Shown: positions 21,469 through 33,414 of the stretch, one piece after another
How positions within the stretch are numbered: the stretch's first letter is position 1
Layout: every line of letters begins with the position of its first letter
DNA from: Oculina patagonica
Lineage: Eukaryota
Assembly (NCBI RefSeq): GCF_052425735.1
Contig: NC_135758.1
Location: 23,374,001-23,438,000 of the forward strand
Reading direction: 5' to 3'
DNA: 64,000 nt
Translations under genes and position numbers: made by a program
Notes under the pieces: model-generated
What the model was told of the DNA's origin: nothing
Seen by the model: only the letters and a program-made list of their open reading frames with translations
Database searches by the model: none

Positions 21469-22340
21469 TCAACTGAGGTAGTTCCGCTTTTGTAATCTCG
21501 AAAAACAGATCAGTCTATGAAGCTCCTTCTTTATGTCCCGCTTGAATAAAGCGTAAGCTAAAGGATTAACAGCAGAGCCACAACAAGTACTTGGAGATGT
21601 AGAACATTACATAATTGGTCAATGTGATTATTTAAGAGTATTATGAAGCCACAGCGCAATTTGATTCCGCAATACACAAGGAATACTCCCATAACGATTG
21701 CCATAATGTTAACCGCCGTCTTCTCCTGAGGTTTACACAAAGCATGATTGTTAAAACGTAACTGTTTCGCCAATGTCCGCGCAGCTCGATCATGCTTACA
21801 AACAACGCGTAACATGGCAGCAAAACAGAAGATTAACATAAAACTTGGAAAAAACTCATAAAATATCAAAGACAGCCACGTTAAAATACTAATTATAACA
21901 GTTGATTAAAAACTAAGCAAGAGTAATGACTTAATAATAAAAGCAACTGGGAAAGCCCAGGATAAAGAGACCATCTGAATAACGCCAGTAACGCGACAGC
22001 GTTTCATAAACGTTAAATATTTTAAAGGCTTCACAACAGCCATGTAGCGATCAAGTACCAGACTACACATATTCGTCACGGACGCCTCCATAAATAGCCA
22101 GGTTACAAAATGTTTCCTGTCAGCAGGTAGCTGATCTTCTGACTGAGTCTTCCTGGAGGAGAACAACAAGGGAACAGCGGTCAAACCGACGCAGAAATCC
22201 GCCACTGAAAGTGAAACAATAAACGCGTTGGTTTTGGTGCGAAGCTGTCGTTTATTGCAAACAAGGAAGATAATTAATCCATTTCCAGTTATGGTCAGTA
22301 TTGAAAGAAACCAGCCAAGAATCCAGAACCAAGTTTCCAT
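21469..22340 (-). pseudogene. GPCR pseudogene (inverted paralog of 18621)
   Basis: In-frame AAA>TAA nonsense change at 21906-21908 and a 7-bp deletion near 21578 that frameshifts away NSAVNPLAY. Confidence 0.85.
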
Positions 22341-22658
22341 TTTCAAGTCAGAGACGTTTATCTCGTTGATGATAAAGAAACTTCTCGGTTTGGAAATTAG
22401 TTTTAAAACCCAAAATGAAAAAAGATCAATAAAAGCTACAAACCATCTGCCGAGTCATCTCATGATCAATTTTCCTGTTTGTATTCAAATTTCCCTTTTA
22501 TACCGTATTCAAATTTTAACAGTTTAATAACGAGATCAACATTGATAAAGTGAAAACTGACCACCTATTTTCTACGAGAGCTCAGTCCAAGGCGGAGTTA
22601 GCAACAGAACGTCGAGGTCTTGATGAAAGAATACTGGTTAAGTAGTTTTTTTATCAAC

Positions 22659-22728
22659 GCGGAAGTCATCTTGAAGTCTGACTTACACTCAGGTTATCAA
22701 AACTTCAGTCACCAACAACAGTCTTTCG
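22659..22728. mobile_element. Degenerate Penelope-like terminal-repeat remnant with a short inverted piece
   Basis: gcggaagtcatc followed by tgactt..actcaggttatcaaaacttcagtcaccaacaacagt resembles a decayed PLE hammerhead region. Confidence 0.4.
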
Positions 22729-23159
22729 CAAGCTGATTGGTCCAGAGACCAAAAGAAATATGTCCAAATTAATCATGTCAAGATGTCAGTCAATAACCTA
22801 ATTAAGTAAGAACGGCTGGTTATAAGCTTTTTAACAATAACTTCCATTGTTAAGAGGCTGTCACGATCGTTCCAAATCGACACTTTTTCCTCCGTCTGGT
22901 TTCAGGAATCATTACAAGACTTTGACGCTTTAAAAACATAATCAACAAAGATATTACTGAGTCAGTCCTTTCAGAAAGAGAGTTTCCAAAGGTCAAAACA
23001 GGAGTTCATGTGCTTTTATTTATTTCCGTAAAATCAGTAAAATGTTCTCAAACTTTGTAGTCTTTTCAACTAAAAGGTTAAAATTAAAATATGTTTCCTT
23101 AATTTTTTTTTACATTTTTGGGGTATGACTTTTTTGTTTAAGTAAAAACAAAATGTTCG

Positions 23160-23243
23160 TGTCAGGAGTGGGATTCGAACCCACGCCTACATGTGTAGAC
23201 TGCGACCTGAACGCAGCGCCTTGGACCGCTCGGCCATCCTGAC
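23160..23243 (-). tRNA. tRNA-Leu(CAG)
   Basis: Two substitutions relative to the 17870 copy; same 3' trailer (aaaatgttc on the + strand). Confidence 0.95.
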
Positions 23244-24625
23244 CTTACAGTTGATAACTTTATAAAGGAACTTATCTGTTTCTTCTGCGGAAAAGCGAAA
23301 TATTTTCATTTATTATTTCACTTCATTTTATTTCATGATTTGAATGTTTAAAATAAATCACTCGACCAGTTCTGCGTCCGCCACGGCACCAACTTCAAGT
23401 TCAAAAACAACTCTAGTGTGTTTCATCCAAGTTGTGATACAAGAATTCATTAAATATATTTTTGTTTCATGGATACGATTGAGTTGATTGGTCCGAGTAA
23501 AATTCACATTCCAGTGGTTTTCGATTGCATAACGTGAAGCTGTGTTTCAGCGACACTTGATACGCAAAAGTAGAATTGTAATAATAAAGTATACGTTGAA
23601 AATGGCCCCTTAGGCCACTGATAGGACTGCAATGCGTACATACGCCTTTGCTTCTCTAAAGATGTCGACAAATAAGTGCTTACAATTTGAAGGATAAACA
23701 GTTAGGGTGAACGATGCACAATGATATAAGCGATTTTCTAAGTCCTCGACCAACAGTTATTGTAATGGTAAACTAGCACGTACCATTAGAATATTGTTAT
23801 TCCGTTTTTTTCTGTCAATATGGCGGTCTTGCTTTCACAGAAGATGTCAACGGAAAAACACAGAAAATATCTTATTTAGTATTGAACATCGAAATTATAC
23901 TTTGCTCAAAACGATTATTATTGGTTAATAAACAGTGGAATTGAGTTTGCTCACGTCAGAGCTTGCATACGCGCCGAACCGTGATACTTTCAAGGAAGAA
24001 AATGTTTAAATTAGTCTTAAACATCTTTTGTCCGAACGATCTATTCTTGGTTCATAAATAGTGGAATTGAGTGGGCTTACATCAAAGCTTGCATATGCGC
24101 CGAACCGATGTAATTTTTCTAAATTGCCAATTACTCGATTTAAAAGCCACAGCCAAAAAATCGTTGATTTAAATATTTGTAAAAAAACATTGTAATCATC
24201 TGGATGAATTAATGAAATAAACGTTTCCTTCGGTTAAAGGCAAAAATACTTCTTAAAACAAATCATTTCCATTTAATAAAAGGATAAAAATGAAAGAGAG
24301 TGCGATTTGCACAGCTATATTTCAATGCGAGGGGTGAAATATAAGCCTACACATTTTCCGCTTACGTTGAAATATAACTGCGAAGAAATAATTCTCTTTC
24401 GTTCTTTCCACGGCAGTTCATATATGTGATTTATTTTATATAATTATACATTTATCATCTCACAAGTTACTAATGCTTGTAAAGTTAGGAAAATATACTT
24501 TCTACACGAATTAAACGCTGACTGTACACACGTCATTCGTCCATTAAATTTGTAACAGCACTGGGGTGAAAATAAAGTAGAAATACATAATCAGATCAAC
24601 ATTACTTAAAAGCACAGTGATTATG

Positions 24626-24995
24626 CACGCTTGTGTAATTTCAGGGTAAACATTTTTTTTTGCATCTTTTCCACGACTTCGCTTTTGTATAGCCTTTACA
24701 ATATTTTAAGTGCCGGTTGATGAATTTAAATCGTTAAACATTTTATATATAATAATAAAAGCATTTTCGTTTGATGTTTGGAACGTGACAGAAATGCAAT
24801 CGATAGATAATTAATTTCAATTGAGAGTTCATTTTTTCCGAACCGTACCCACACGCACAGCAGGCACAACTGAGGCACCTCTATAAAAGCAGGAATTTGA
24901 CAAACTGATAGACTTTCAAAATGAAACTTTATTTCTAAGTTAAGCTGGGACAGCAGAGCTTTTAAACAGGAGGCAAAACAACATTGAAGGTAAAC
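24626..24995 (+). promoter_or_regulatory. Promoter plus non-coding first exon, copy A (paralog of 33256-34110)
   Basis: TATAAAA at 24882-24888, GAAG|GTAA donor at 24989/24990, colinear homology with copy B. Confidence 0.55.
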
Positions 24996-25609
24996 AAAGA
25001 AGATTTGCTATCTCTATATGTTCCAGCAATAATATTTGAACGCTTGAGACAAAACTTGAGCAATGTCTTGCATTGACATGTAGCGCAGCAAAAAGGTTTT
25101 CTTTAAGTAGGTGAGCGTGCTTCTTGGCAATAGTTCTAGTAAGAGCAATCGATCATATCAAGCAAGAACGTTTGTTGTGTTGGTTTCTGATCCTTTTTTT
25201 GCTCCATTCAAATGTATGTTACTTAGTATATGTTTTCATTATTGTTTTTTTCTTCAAAAGGGACTGCTTCTTGGTAACAATTCTAGTAAGCGCTGGCGAT
25301 CATATCCAGCAAGAACGTTTGTTGTGTTGGTGTTTGATCTATTTTGCCCACTCAGATGTATTACGTAATACGTTTTCACTGTTGTTTTTTTAAAGCGTGT
25401 TTCTTGGTTATATAGCTTTACACAGGCGGCCATCAAAAAGATTCTACCGACATATTCAACAAGAACTTTTGTTAGCCGTAATTTTTTATGTTACTTAGAA
25501 ATAATTTTGATCTGTTTTACGGCACTCTAATATATATGTGTTCTAGAGTAGATTTTTTTATTTTTTAAAAAAAAAATGTTTTTGGTAACAGCGTTACGTA
25601 ATAATAATT

Positions 25610-25780
25610 CGGTTTTTTGTTCTCGTCCTTGCTCCGAGGGTTTTTCTCCGGGTTCTTCGGTTTTCCTCCCTCCACAAAAACCAATACTTCCAGATTCAAT
25701 TCGACCGGGAATACACGGCCCCACAAGCCTCTAGCTTTAAACCTAACCATGTCTAAATAAAGGTAACTTATTTATTTCAT
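25610..25780 (+). mobile_element. 5'-truncated SINE (V-domain-like core)
   Basis: ggtttttctccgggttcttcggttttcctccc core and aataaagg...ttatttattt tail. Confidence 0.6.
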
Positions 25781-25789
25781 TTACATAAC

Positions 25790-28030
25790 CAGCATTAAAT
25801 AGATACTGGCGATCATATGAAACAAGAAGATTTGTTTGCGCGTGTAATTTTTCTCAATAGGCGGATGAAAAGATTAAATGAGATCGACTGATAGTGAGCT
25901 TCTCTGAAGCGAGTTTATTTCACAGATGAAACGTTTAATATGCAAATTTGCAGATAGGTTTTGTTTTCCGCAAAAGGGTTTGTGACAGCAGCTGTTCAGA
26001 AAAGAAAAATGCTTCGTAATTTCGATGTAACCGAAATATATAGTTTAATGTGTTACCCCCTGAGCATTAAGTAAATGGGTCATCATTTTATTTTACTTTT
26101 ACTCAGCAGTAGGAAATAATAATAAAAAAACTATGCCGCTGAGCGTACAGAATACGTAGTCAAAGCGATGTACTCACTTTCACCGTTAAAACAATAAACA
26201 GCAGACCGAAAAAGTCGAATTTTTACCGCTTGCAAGAAAAAAAAACCGTGATATCGATCTTTCTAAGCATTTGCCTGAAATAATCATGAGATGATGTTTA
26301 CTTTTAGTCAATTTTGGCAACAATGTGTGTGTATAAGTGATTTTATTATAAACGTACCAAAATATCATTATTTAGGTTTTGTTTTTCTGAATGTGTTAGA
26401 AAAAATAAAATCAATTAATTTGTCAGTTATTGCACTGAGGAAACTGTCCATTTCCTCTGTTCGAGTTTTAAAGCATAACTGTGTTACAGGAAGATGCTAA
26501 ATCGTCGAACTTTTTCTACTTCAGCAAGTGAACGTAATTTTTTTTTTGCACTTTATACGGAGAAAACCTTTTAATTTAGCTTCGCAAATCTTTCACAATG
26601 ACAAGGAAATTTGCTGGAAGTTTGAAGGAAGAAGAACAATGTGAAAATTATAATACAGTTGAAACCCTTTAAAGCGGCCAACAATTAAGCAGCCACCCCC
26701 TACTGAAGGGGCCTGTTATTAAAGTCCCGAAAGTGTTGCCAGTGTTTTACTGTAAATTAAACCCGTATTTAGCGGCCACCTCTATTAAGCGCCGCGGCCA
26801 CCTTTCGGACGCCCCGATGAGGATTCGTCTATTGTTTTTACCCCTATTTAGCGGCCACCTTTCGGACGCCCCGATGAGGATTCGTCTTTTGTTTTTACCC
26901 CTATTTAGCGGCCACTACGAATTTAATAGACGTAGTTTGACCTTGTTTTCAACAAGCTAAAGACATATATAAGAGTCCAAAATAGGAAGTGACTACTGAT
27001 AAAAAAAAAAAAACTCTTATTGTTGTCTTGACGTGATTCCGTTGTCGTATAAATAACTAATAATAATTTGATTTCCTGGCAATAAAGCGATGTTTCTACC
27101 ACGCCTTATGCTAATTTCTGACGAACCCTTATTAACTGAGCAGCCAACCTTTATTAGGCGGCCACTTAAATTACCTTTTCCCCAATGGTAGCCGCTTAAA
27201 AGGGGTTCGACTGTAATATCTTTTTTTTGGATTTTATGGAGTCGCTGCTTTCTGCAAGTGGTAGAACAAACAAAATTTGTCTGAAAATGCTCGATTTTAA
27301 CCGCGAGCTTCGCAAGTCTTTCACAATGAAAGGAAATTCGCTGGAAGTTTGATAGAAAGTAGAACAATGTGAACATCACTAACTAGAGAAAGTTGAAAAT
27401 AGCTTTCAAAGGAGTAAACTTGTCAATTCATATGATATTGTTCAACCCAAACGATAGAGAGGAAACGCGTCAGGCTAATACAGAAAAAAATAAAGAGGCA
27501 TTAATTTAGAAGGAAATTAAGCTAACAACAGGAAAGAAAAGAAGTCCACCTGTCCAGCTCTTATGAGCATTCAAAATATACAACTTGATGTAAACATTTC
27601 GCCAGGCGGTGTTTTCATGCATACCGGATCCAGATCAACTTTTAATTTCTCCCCATGATTTTAATACTTTGACAAGCAGACGTGTGATAAGAATGGAGAA
27701 AAATCATCAACAATAAGTAAGGAGAATTACTGTTTTGAGCAATTACTGATAGGTGTTAATAAAAGCTGAGAGTTTTCAATAAAACGGTCTTCCAACGCGC
27801 GACTTATTTGTAGATCTCATTTGCAGCAGAGGTGATTTGAGAGTTATAATAAACTTCTTCACAAACCAGGTTTGTACAAGTTAAAATTATGTGTAAATGC
27901 ATAGAAGAATTAATATACATGTCTTAGTTTGTTTTGGTTAATTAACTGTGTGTCCAAAATCTCGTGTTGTTTCGACAGTCAATATTTGTTAGTCTACCAG
28001 TAGGATAACTCGTACGTATAGGTTATTCCT
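25790..28030 (+). repeat. Non-coding segmental duplication, copy 1 (copy 2 at ~29245-31820)
   Basis: Colinear matches, e.g. 26080-26290 with 30375-30590 and 27550-28015 with 31345-31795; each copy carries different TE insertions. Confidence 0.85.
26656..27213. mobile_element. Tc1/mariner-pogo-type MITE
   Basis: TA|cagttgaaaccctttaaagcggc ... gccgcttaaaaggggttcgactg|TA; internal ~58-bp tandem duplication. Confidence 0.85.
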
Positions 28031-28240
28031 TATCTAAAACATTTAAGGTGATGACATACGTCTCTGCTACATTTTAAAATTATAATAATAACAACTTTAT
28101 TAAATGAGGTAACACATTACACTAAAACTGATAAACCTGTGGCCCTCCCCTAGATTAAAAGTTACAAATCTTAAAAATATGTAAATAAAACAGAAATCAA
28201 ATGAAATAGAAATACCAGACAAAAAAAAAACAATAATTAT

Positions 28241-28650
28241 CAGGGGCTCCCAATGCAACCAGCCGTTTCGTTGAATATCTGTTCGGAAGACCTACAATGG
28301 CCTACGATTTTCGGATTAAAGTATGATAAAAAACTGGAGATTTCTTTAACTCAAACTTTCGTAAAATGGGCAAAGTAATGCCTGTTGTTCTCGGAGAAAG
28401 AAAAATGTCGTTTTGGGTCAAAAAAAGGCCAGCTACAATTATCGAGAAGGCGACAGTGGCTCGTAAATTCGGTTAATAATATTTCGTTCCCTTAAATCTT
28501 CTGAAGTTTGAAAGTTCAGCTAGTGTATCCGTAAAGATACGCTTTTCTTAGCGTTTAAAAATAAGGCTTTAAATCGAACGAAAAGGACACTTATAACGTT
28601 AAAATGGTGTTCCGACACCTATAGTAAAATTGTCTCGTTGGGTGCCCCTG
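28241..28650. mobile_element. hAT-like MITE
   Basis: TIRs caggggctcccaa / ttgggtgcccctg; imperfect AT-rich TSD (aataattat / aataatat). Confidence 0.7.
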
Positions 28651-29576
28651 AATAATATGGGTGTGACAGTGTGTGTAGATGTTGTGATATTGTCGCTGCT
28701 ACAAGTCGCTGCAGCTTTTGTCCCTTCCAATAAATGCATCCATTTTTTTCTGAAGTGGACCATGCCACTATTTCTTTCAATCCTATAAATGCAATGGAAA
28801 AAGTATTTTCCAGATGAAAAGCTTTAACCTTGCCTGCGTAATTTCGGACTGAAAGTCTACAGTATTTTTTCACGATTTCGCTTTTGTGTAGTAAAAATAT
28901 TTTGACTAACTCAAATCGTTGAAAGTTATTATAACAGTAGCAAATATATGAGTTTGATATTTGCAACCTCCCTGCTACACATGTTGCTACACCTCTTAGT
29001 AGGAATGAAACAAACTGATACATGTAGAATTTCTGAATGAAACGTGTGTTTTGGTAACAGGGTTACATTTTCATATAATATATTGATGCTAGCGAATATA
29101 TGCAACAAAAAATTTGTTTGCATTAAAACGTTTTTTTTTCTTACTTAAAAACATGTTTAAACTTTTTTGTGACATTCGAATCTGTGTTGCTAAGCTTTTT
29201 TTTTCACTTTATTGAAATTATTTTTGGTAACAGCGTTACAAAAGCAGCCATTTAATAGATGCTGGCGATTACATCCAACAAAAATTTTGTTTGTGTGTAT
29301 GTTCTTTACAACAGATAAGAAGAGGAAAATTCTAAATGTGATCGACTGATCTGTGGGCTAATCTGAAATTTGTGTATTTTACAGATGAATGGTTTAATGT
29401 GCAAATTTCCAGGGAGCTTTTTGTTTCTCCGAAAAATGTTTTTTAATTTTTTAATAGATAGGGTGATGTCTGTATGTATTTTATCAGCTTATTTGGAGAA
29501 AAACCTGCTTGATGTAACTGCGAGGTATTCGAAAGATGAAGTAAAATGTATCACCTCTTTGAGTATTGATCACATG

Positions 29577-30364
29577 GTAACCGGTTGTTTCGCCTACGAG
29601 TTGTTTCGCTAACGACCAGTTCGCTAACGAGTTAGGTCGTTTCGCCTACGTCTGAAGTCGTTTCGCTAACGAGCCTTGGGTCGTTTCGCTAACGTATTAT
29701 GAAGATTCATATTTTATAATATGTACTAATAGAACATAACAATAACAAATCAATCCGCATTAAAGACCCGTTGAGTTTGACGATGACATCAAACTCAGCG
29801 ACGTAAACACAACAGTTTAAAACATACTGTAGTTAAATGTGTACGTGATCAAGTATACGTGATCAAAAGTTTATTTCACCCAGCTTTTCACTAATTCACT
29901 GATTGTAAATAGAAGTAAGGCTTCGAGAAATAAAATGATTACTTTGTTGTTTCCATTTACTAGCGTTAATCTTGAAAAAAAAAAACTAGAATCGCTTCTG
30001 AAAAGTAGAAATACTAATTTGAATTTGCAATGCACAATTTGCCTTCTGCGAAACAAAATGGCGGCTTTAAGTCTTGGAAATTAGAGCTCGCTAACTTCGG
30101 GCTTTCAAGCTTAACTTTTTGAAGCGATTCGAGTTTGTCTTTCGGCAAGAGCGTGAGTTCGATTGTCTTATTCTGTTGATGAAGAAGCTTTGTTTCTCTG
30201 TTGATGAAAAAGAACTAAAAGAGACGTCAGGGTATTAACTTTATACGTTAGCGAAACGACCTACAGCTCGTTAGCGAAACGACTTTTGACGTAGGCGAAA
30301 CGACCTAACTCGTTAGCGAACTGGTCGTTAGCGAAAAAACTCGTAGGCGAAACGACCGCAAGTC
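29577..30364. mobile_element. Mutator/MuDR-like MITE with long repeat-rich TIRs
   Basis: TSD gatcacatg at 29568-29576 and 30365-30373; ~120-bp TIRs built of TTTCGCTAACG/TTTCGCCTACG units; empty site present in the paralogous copy near 26070. Confidence 0.85.
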
Positions 30365-32452
30365 GATCACATGGCTCATCATTTTATTTCACTTTCATTC
30401 AACAAAAGAAAATAATTTAAAAAAATCTCTTTTGGTAGCGTACAGAATAAGTATACAACGAGATGTATTCACTTTTACCGGAAAACAACTAACAGCACAC
30501 AGAAAAAAGTAGAATTTTTGCCTCTTGCAAGAAAAACAGATGTGATGATCAATCTTTCTAAAAATTTGCCTGAAATAATCACGAGGTGAAGCTTACCTTA
30601 AGTTAATTTTGGCCATAATTTCTGGACAAGTGATTTGGAAGGTAGAATTGCAATCGTGCCAAAATATTACTAGGGTTTGATAGAGTTGTTGTTTCTGCAT
30701 GTAGTAGAAAAACAAAATTATTTTGACTGTTTCTCAGAGGAATTTCAAATGTTTGTTTTTAAAAGCATATTAAGTGTGTTACAGGAATAAAAATAAATAA
30801 ACCAACGAGCAATTTAATAGTCAAGCAAGCCTGGTGAACGTAAACCGATCTCTTGCATTTTATACGAAAAAAACCGTTTAAATTAAACTCTGGGAGACCT
30901 TCACAATCACAAGAAAATCCGCTGGAAATTTGATTGGAAAAAGAACAATGTGGAGATTACTTACTAGCGAAACAGATATTCCTAGTGTCGAAAACAGCTT
31001 TCAAAAAGAGTAAACCTGTTAATTCATTCGCTATTGTACTAAAATATTTTTTAAGGTTTTAAAGAGTCACTTTTTTCTGCGTGTGGTAGAACAAATCTAT
31101 TTTGTCTGCTTTTCCAAGGGTAATTCTAGATTTCAACTAACGAGCTTCGCCACTATTTCTCAATGACAAGAAAATGAGCTGGATGTTTGATGGAAAGAAG
31201 GACAATGTGGAAAAATACTGGACATTACTTACTAGAAAAAGATCGATGAAAACAGCTTTTAAAAGAAATTAACCTGTCAATTCATGCGTTATTTGAAATT
31301 GAGAGGAAAAGCTTTACGCTAAAAAAGGAAAGAAAAGAATGGCATCTGTCCAGCTCCCATGAGTTTTGAATATACACCTACATTGTAAACATTTTGCAAG
31401 GCGGTGCTTTTATATCAGCCAGATCCAAGCCAAATTTCTCCTAATGATTTTAATACTTTGTCAAGCAGTCGCGTGATGAGAATTAAGAAAAATCATCAGC
31501 AATACATATGGAGAATTACTGTTTTGAGCACTTACCGGTTAGTGTTAATAAAAGCTGAAAGTTTTTCAACAAAACGGTCTTCCAACGCTCGACTCGTTTG
31601 AAGGTCTCATCTGCAGCGCTGATTTTCAGGTGTACAACTCATCACAAACCAGGTTTGTACTTGTTAAAATTATGTGTAACTGCATAGAAGAATTGATATA
31701 TCTTAGTTTGTTTTTGTTAATTAACTGTGTGTCCAAAATATCGTGTTGTTTCGACAGTAAATGTTTTTTTAATTTACCAGTAGGATAACTCGTACATAAA
31801 GGCTGGTCCTGATCTGAAACGATGACAGTCATCCGTAGTTATTCTGGGCACACTCGTACACGACAAACTATGTCATTACAAAAATAAATAAATAAAAAAA
31901 ACAAGTAAAATCACAAGCAAATTTTTTTATTGGTTACAACTATACTATATAGGTTGTTGTAGGCCTTCACGGGGAGAAATTATTTAAAGTATTTCCCCCT
32001 CATTAAATTTGTAAAAAAAATGATTTTGAACATGAAGAAGGAATTGATTCAAGTCCCCAAAACATTGCGCCATAGATTATTTAGGAAAAATTGTTTTCCA
32101 GTAGACTGTTAGTGTAGTAACAGCTGGTAGTACTGAACGTATACTTTTTTGTACAAACTAGCTGATTTTTACGTTATTTTCAGTGATTAAATATTTCGTA
32201 ACCGCAACCGTTCTCAGAGCTCCATTTATATTATAAAATATTAGCCACGATCTAAGGCCTTTTTACAATCAAAGGTCTCTTTGAGACTACGACTATTTTG
32301 CATCAGAGGAATGAAATGATAGTATTGCTATAAAATTATCAGCATTTGAAGTACAGTATCGTCTAAAATCATATCAGTGACCAAAAACTGCTGGCATTTT
32401 AAGGCAATATACGTTTACTAACGATACGCTCTTTCCCGGGTGTAAACATGAG

Positions 32453-32756
32453 ATGATATCTGGCTAGTCACGTTTTCATTTGTTATGCAGTGTTTGATAT
32501 GCGCTAGTAAGGATTTTAATTTGTTATGTAATGTTTGATATTATCTGGCTAGTCACGTTTTCAATTTGTTATGTAATGTTTTTTTGATATACGCTTGTCA
32601 CGGTTTAACTTGTTATGTAATGTTTGATATTATCTGTTTAGTCACGTTTTCAATTTGTTATGAAATGTTTGATATACGCTAGTCACGTTTTTAATTTGTT
32701 ATGTAATGCTTGATTTGATCTGGCTAGTCACCTTTTCAATTTGTTATGTAATGTTT
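32453..32756. repeat. Minisatellite, seven ~40-49-bp units alternating A-B-A-B-A-B-A
   Basis: Consensus tgat(attatctg/atac)gctagtcacgttttcaatttgttatgtaatgtt. Confidence 0.88.
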
Positions 32757-32989
32757 AAAACGCACAAGCGTTATCCACAAGTCAGCGGATTTACAATTTG
32801 TCTACAGGAACTGAAGGGTGTTGTGATGGGTGGAAGGAGCAAACTGAGGTCACCTTCGGTACACCTATTTTTCATATTGTTCCTAAAAATGGGATAGTTA
32901 TTGCTTTAATTCGTTGAAAGATATTGACTGACTCATTGTGGGAAAGCACAACATCTTGCGAAAAGCGTTAACTTGAATCTTGATTTACT

Positions 32990-33253
32990 TAAAAACGCTT
33001 TTAAAGATCTTTTTTTAATTTTGTCTACAGGTAGTAAATCTACTATACTTTGACATATTGCGATGACATATTGCGTTATTTATCATAGTTGCTATGGTAA
33101 CTTCTGTTGCTCTAGAATTACCAGTAAAATAATTAAACTATGGTCATCATAGATTTATGGTGTAGTTTGGCAAAAATCGAAGACTGGGTTCCGAGCGAGT
33201 TTTTTTTCAAAACTACCACCCAGAGGCTAAAAAACCACATCGAGCGTGCTTAA
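32990..33253. mobile_element. Half-element related to the Kolobok-type MITE at 39392-40237
   Basis: ttgtctacaggtagt, gttgctatggtaac and accaccc.ag.ggctaaaaaa..acatcgagc shared with 39975-40237. Confidence 0.65.
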
Positions 33254-33414
33254 CCACGCTTGTGTAATTTCAGACTAAACAGTTTTATCTTTGCATCTCT
33301 TTCACGACTTCACTTTTGTATAGTTTCAAAATTTGAATTGCCGTTTGACGTACTCAAATTATTAAACTTCATCATGATGATAACAAGTATTTTGGGTTGA
33401 TAATTGGAACATGA

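Larger units (their letters stand above)
18480..22530. repeat. Inverted duplication: arms ~18480-20226 and 20742-~22530, with a 515-bp spacer containing tRNA-Leu
   Basis: ~19385-20226 is nearly the exact reverse complement of 20742-~21575; homology continues with more divergence through the GPCR 5' ends. Confidence 0.9.

Noticed and set aside
19385-21575. Inverted repeat as a pure fold-back read artefact
   Set aside because: There is a unique 515-bp spacer with its own tRNA, and the outer arms carry many structured substitutions; polishing effects cannot be fully excluded.
32453-32756. Possible CRISPR array
   Set aside because: Units are contiguous degenerate repeats with no unique spacers, there are no cas genes, and the context is eukaryotic.
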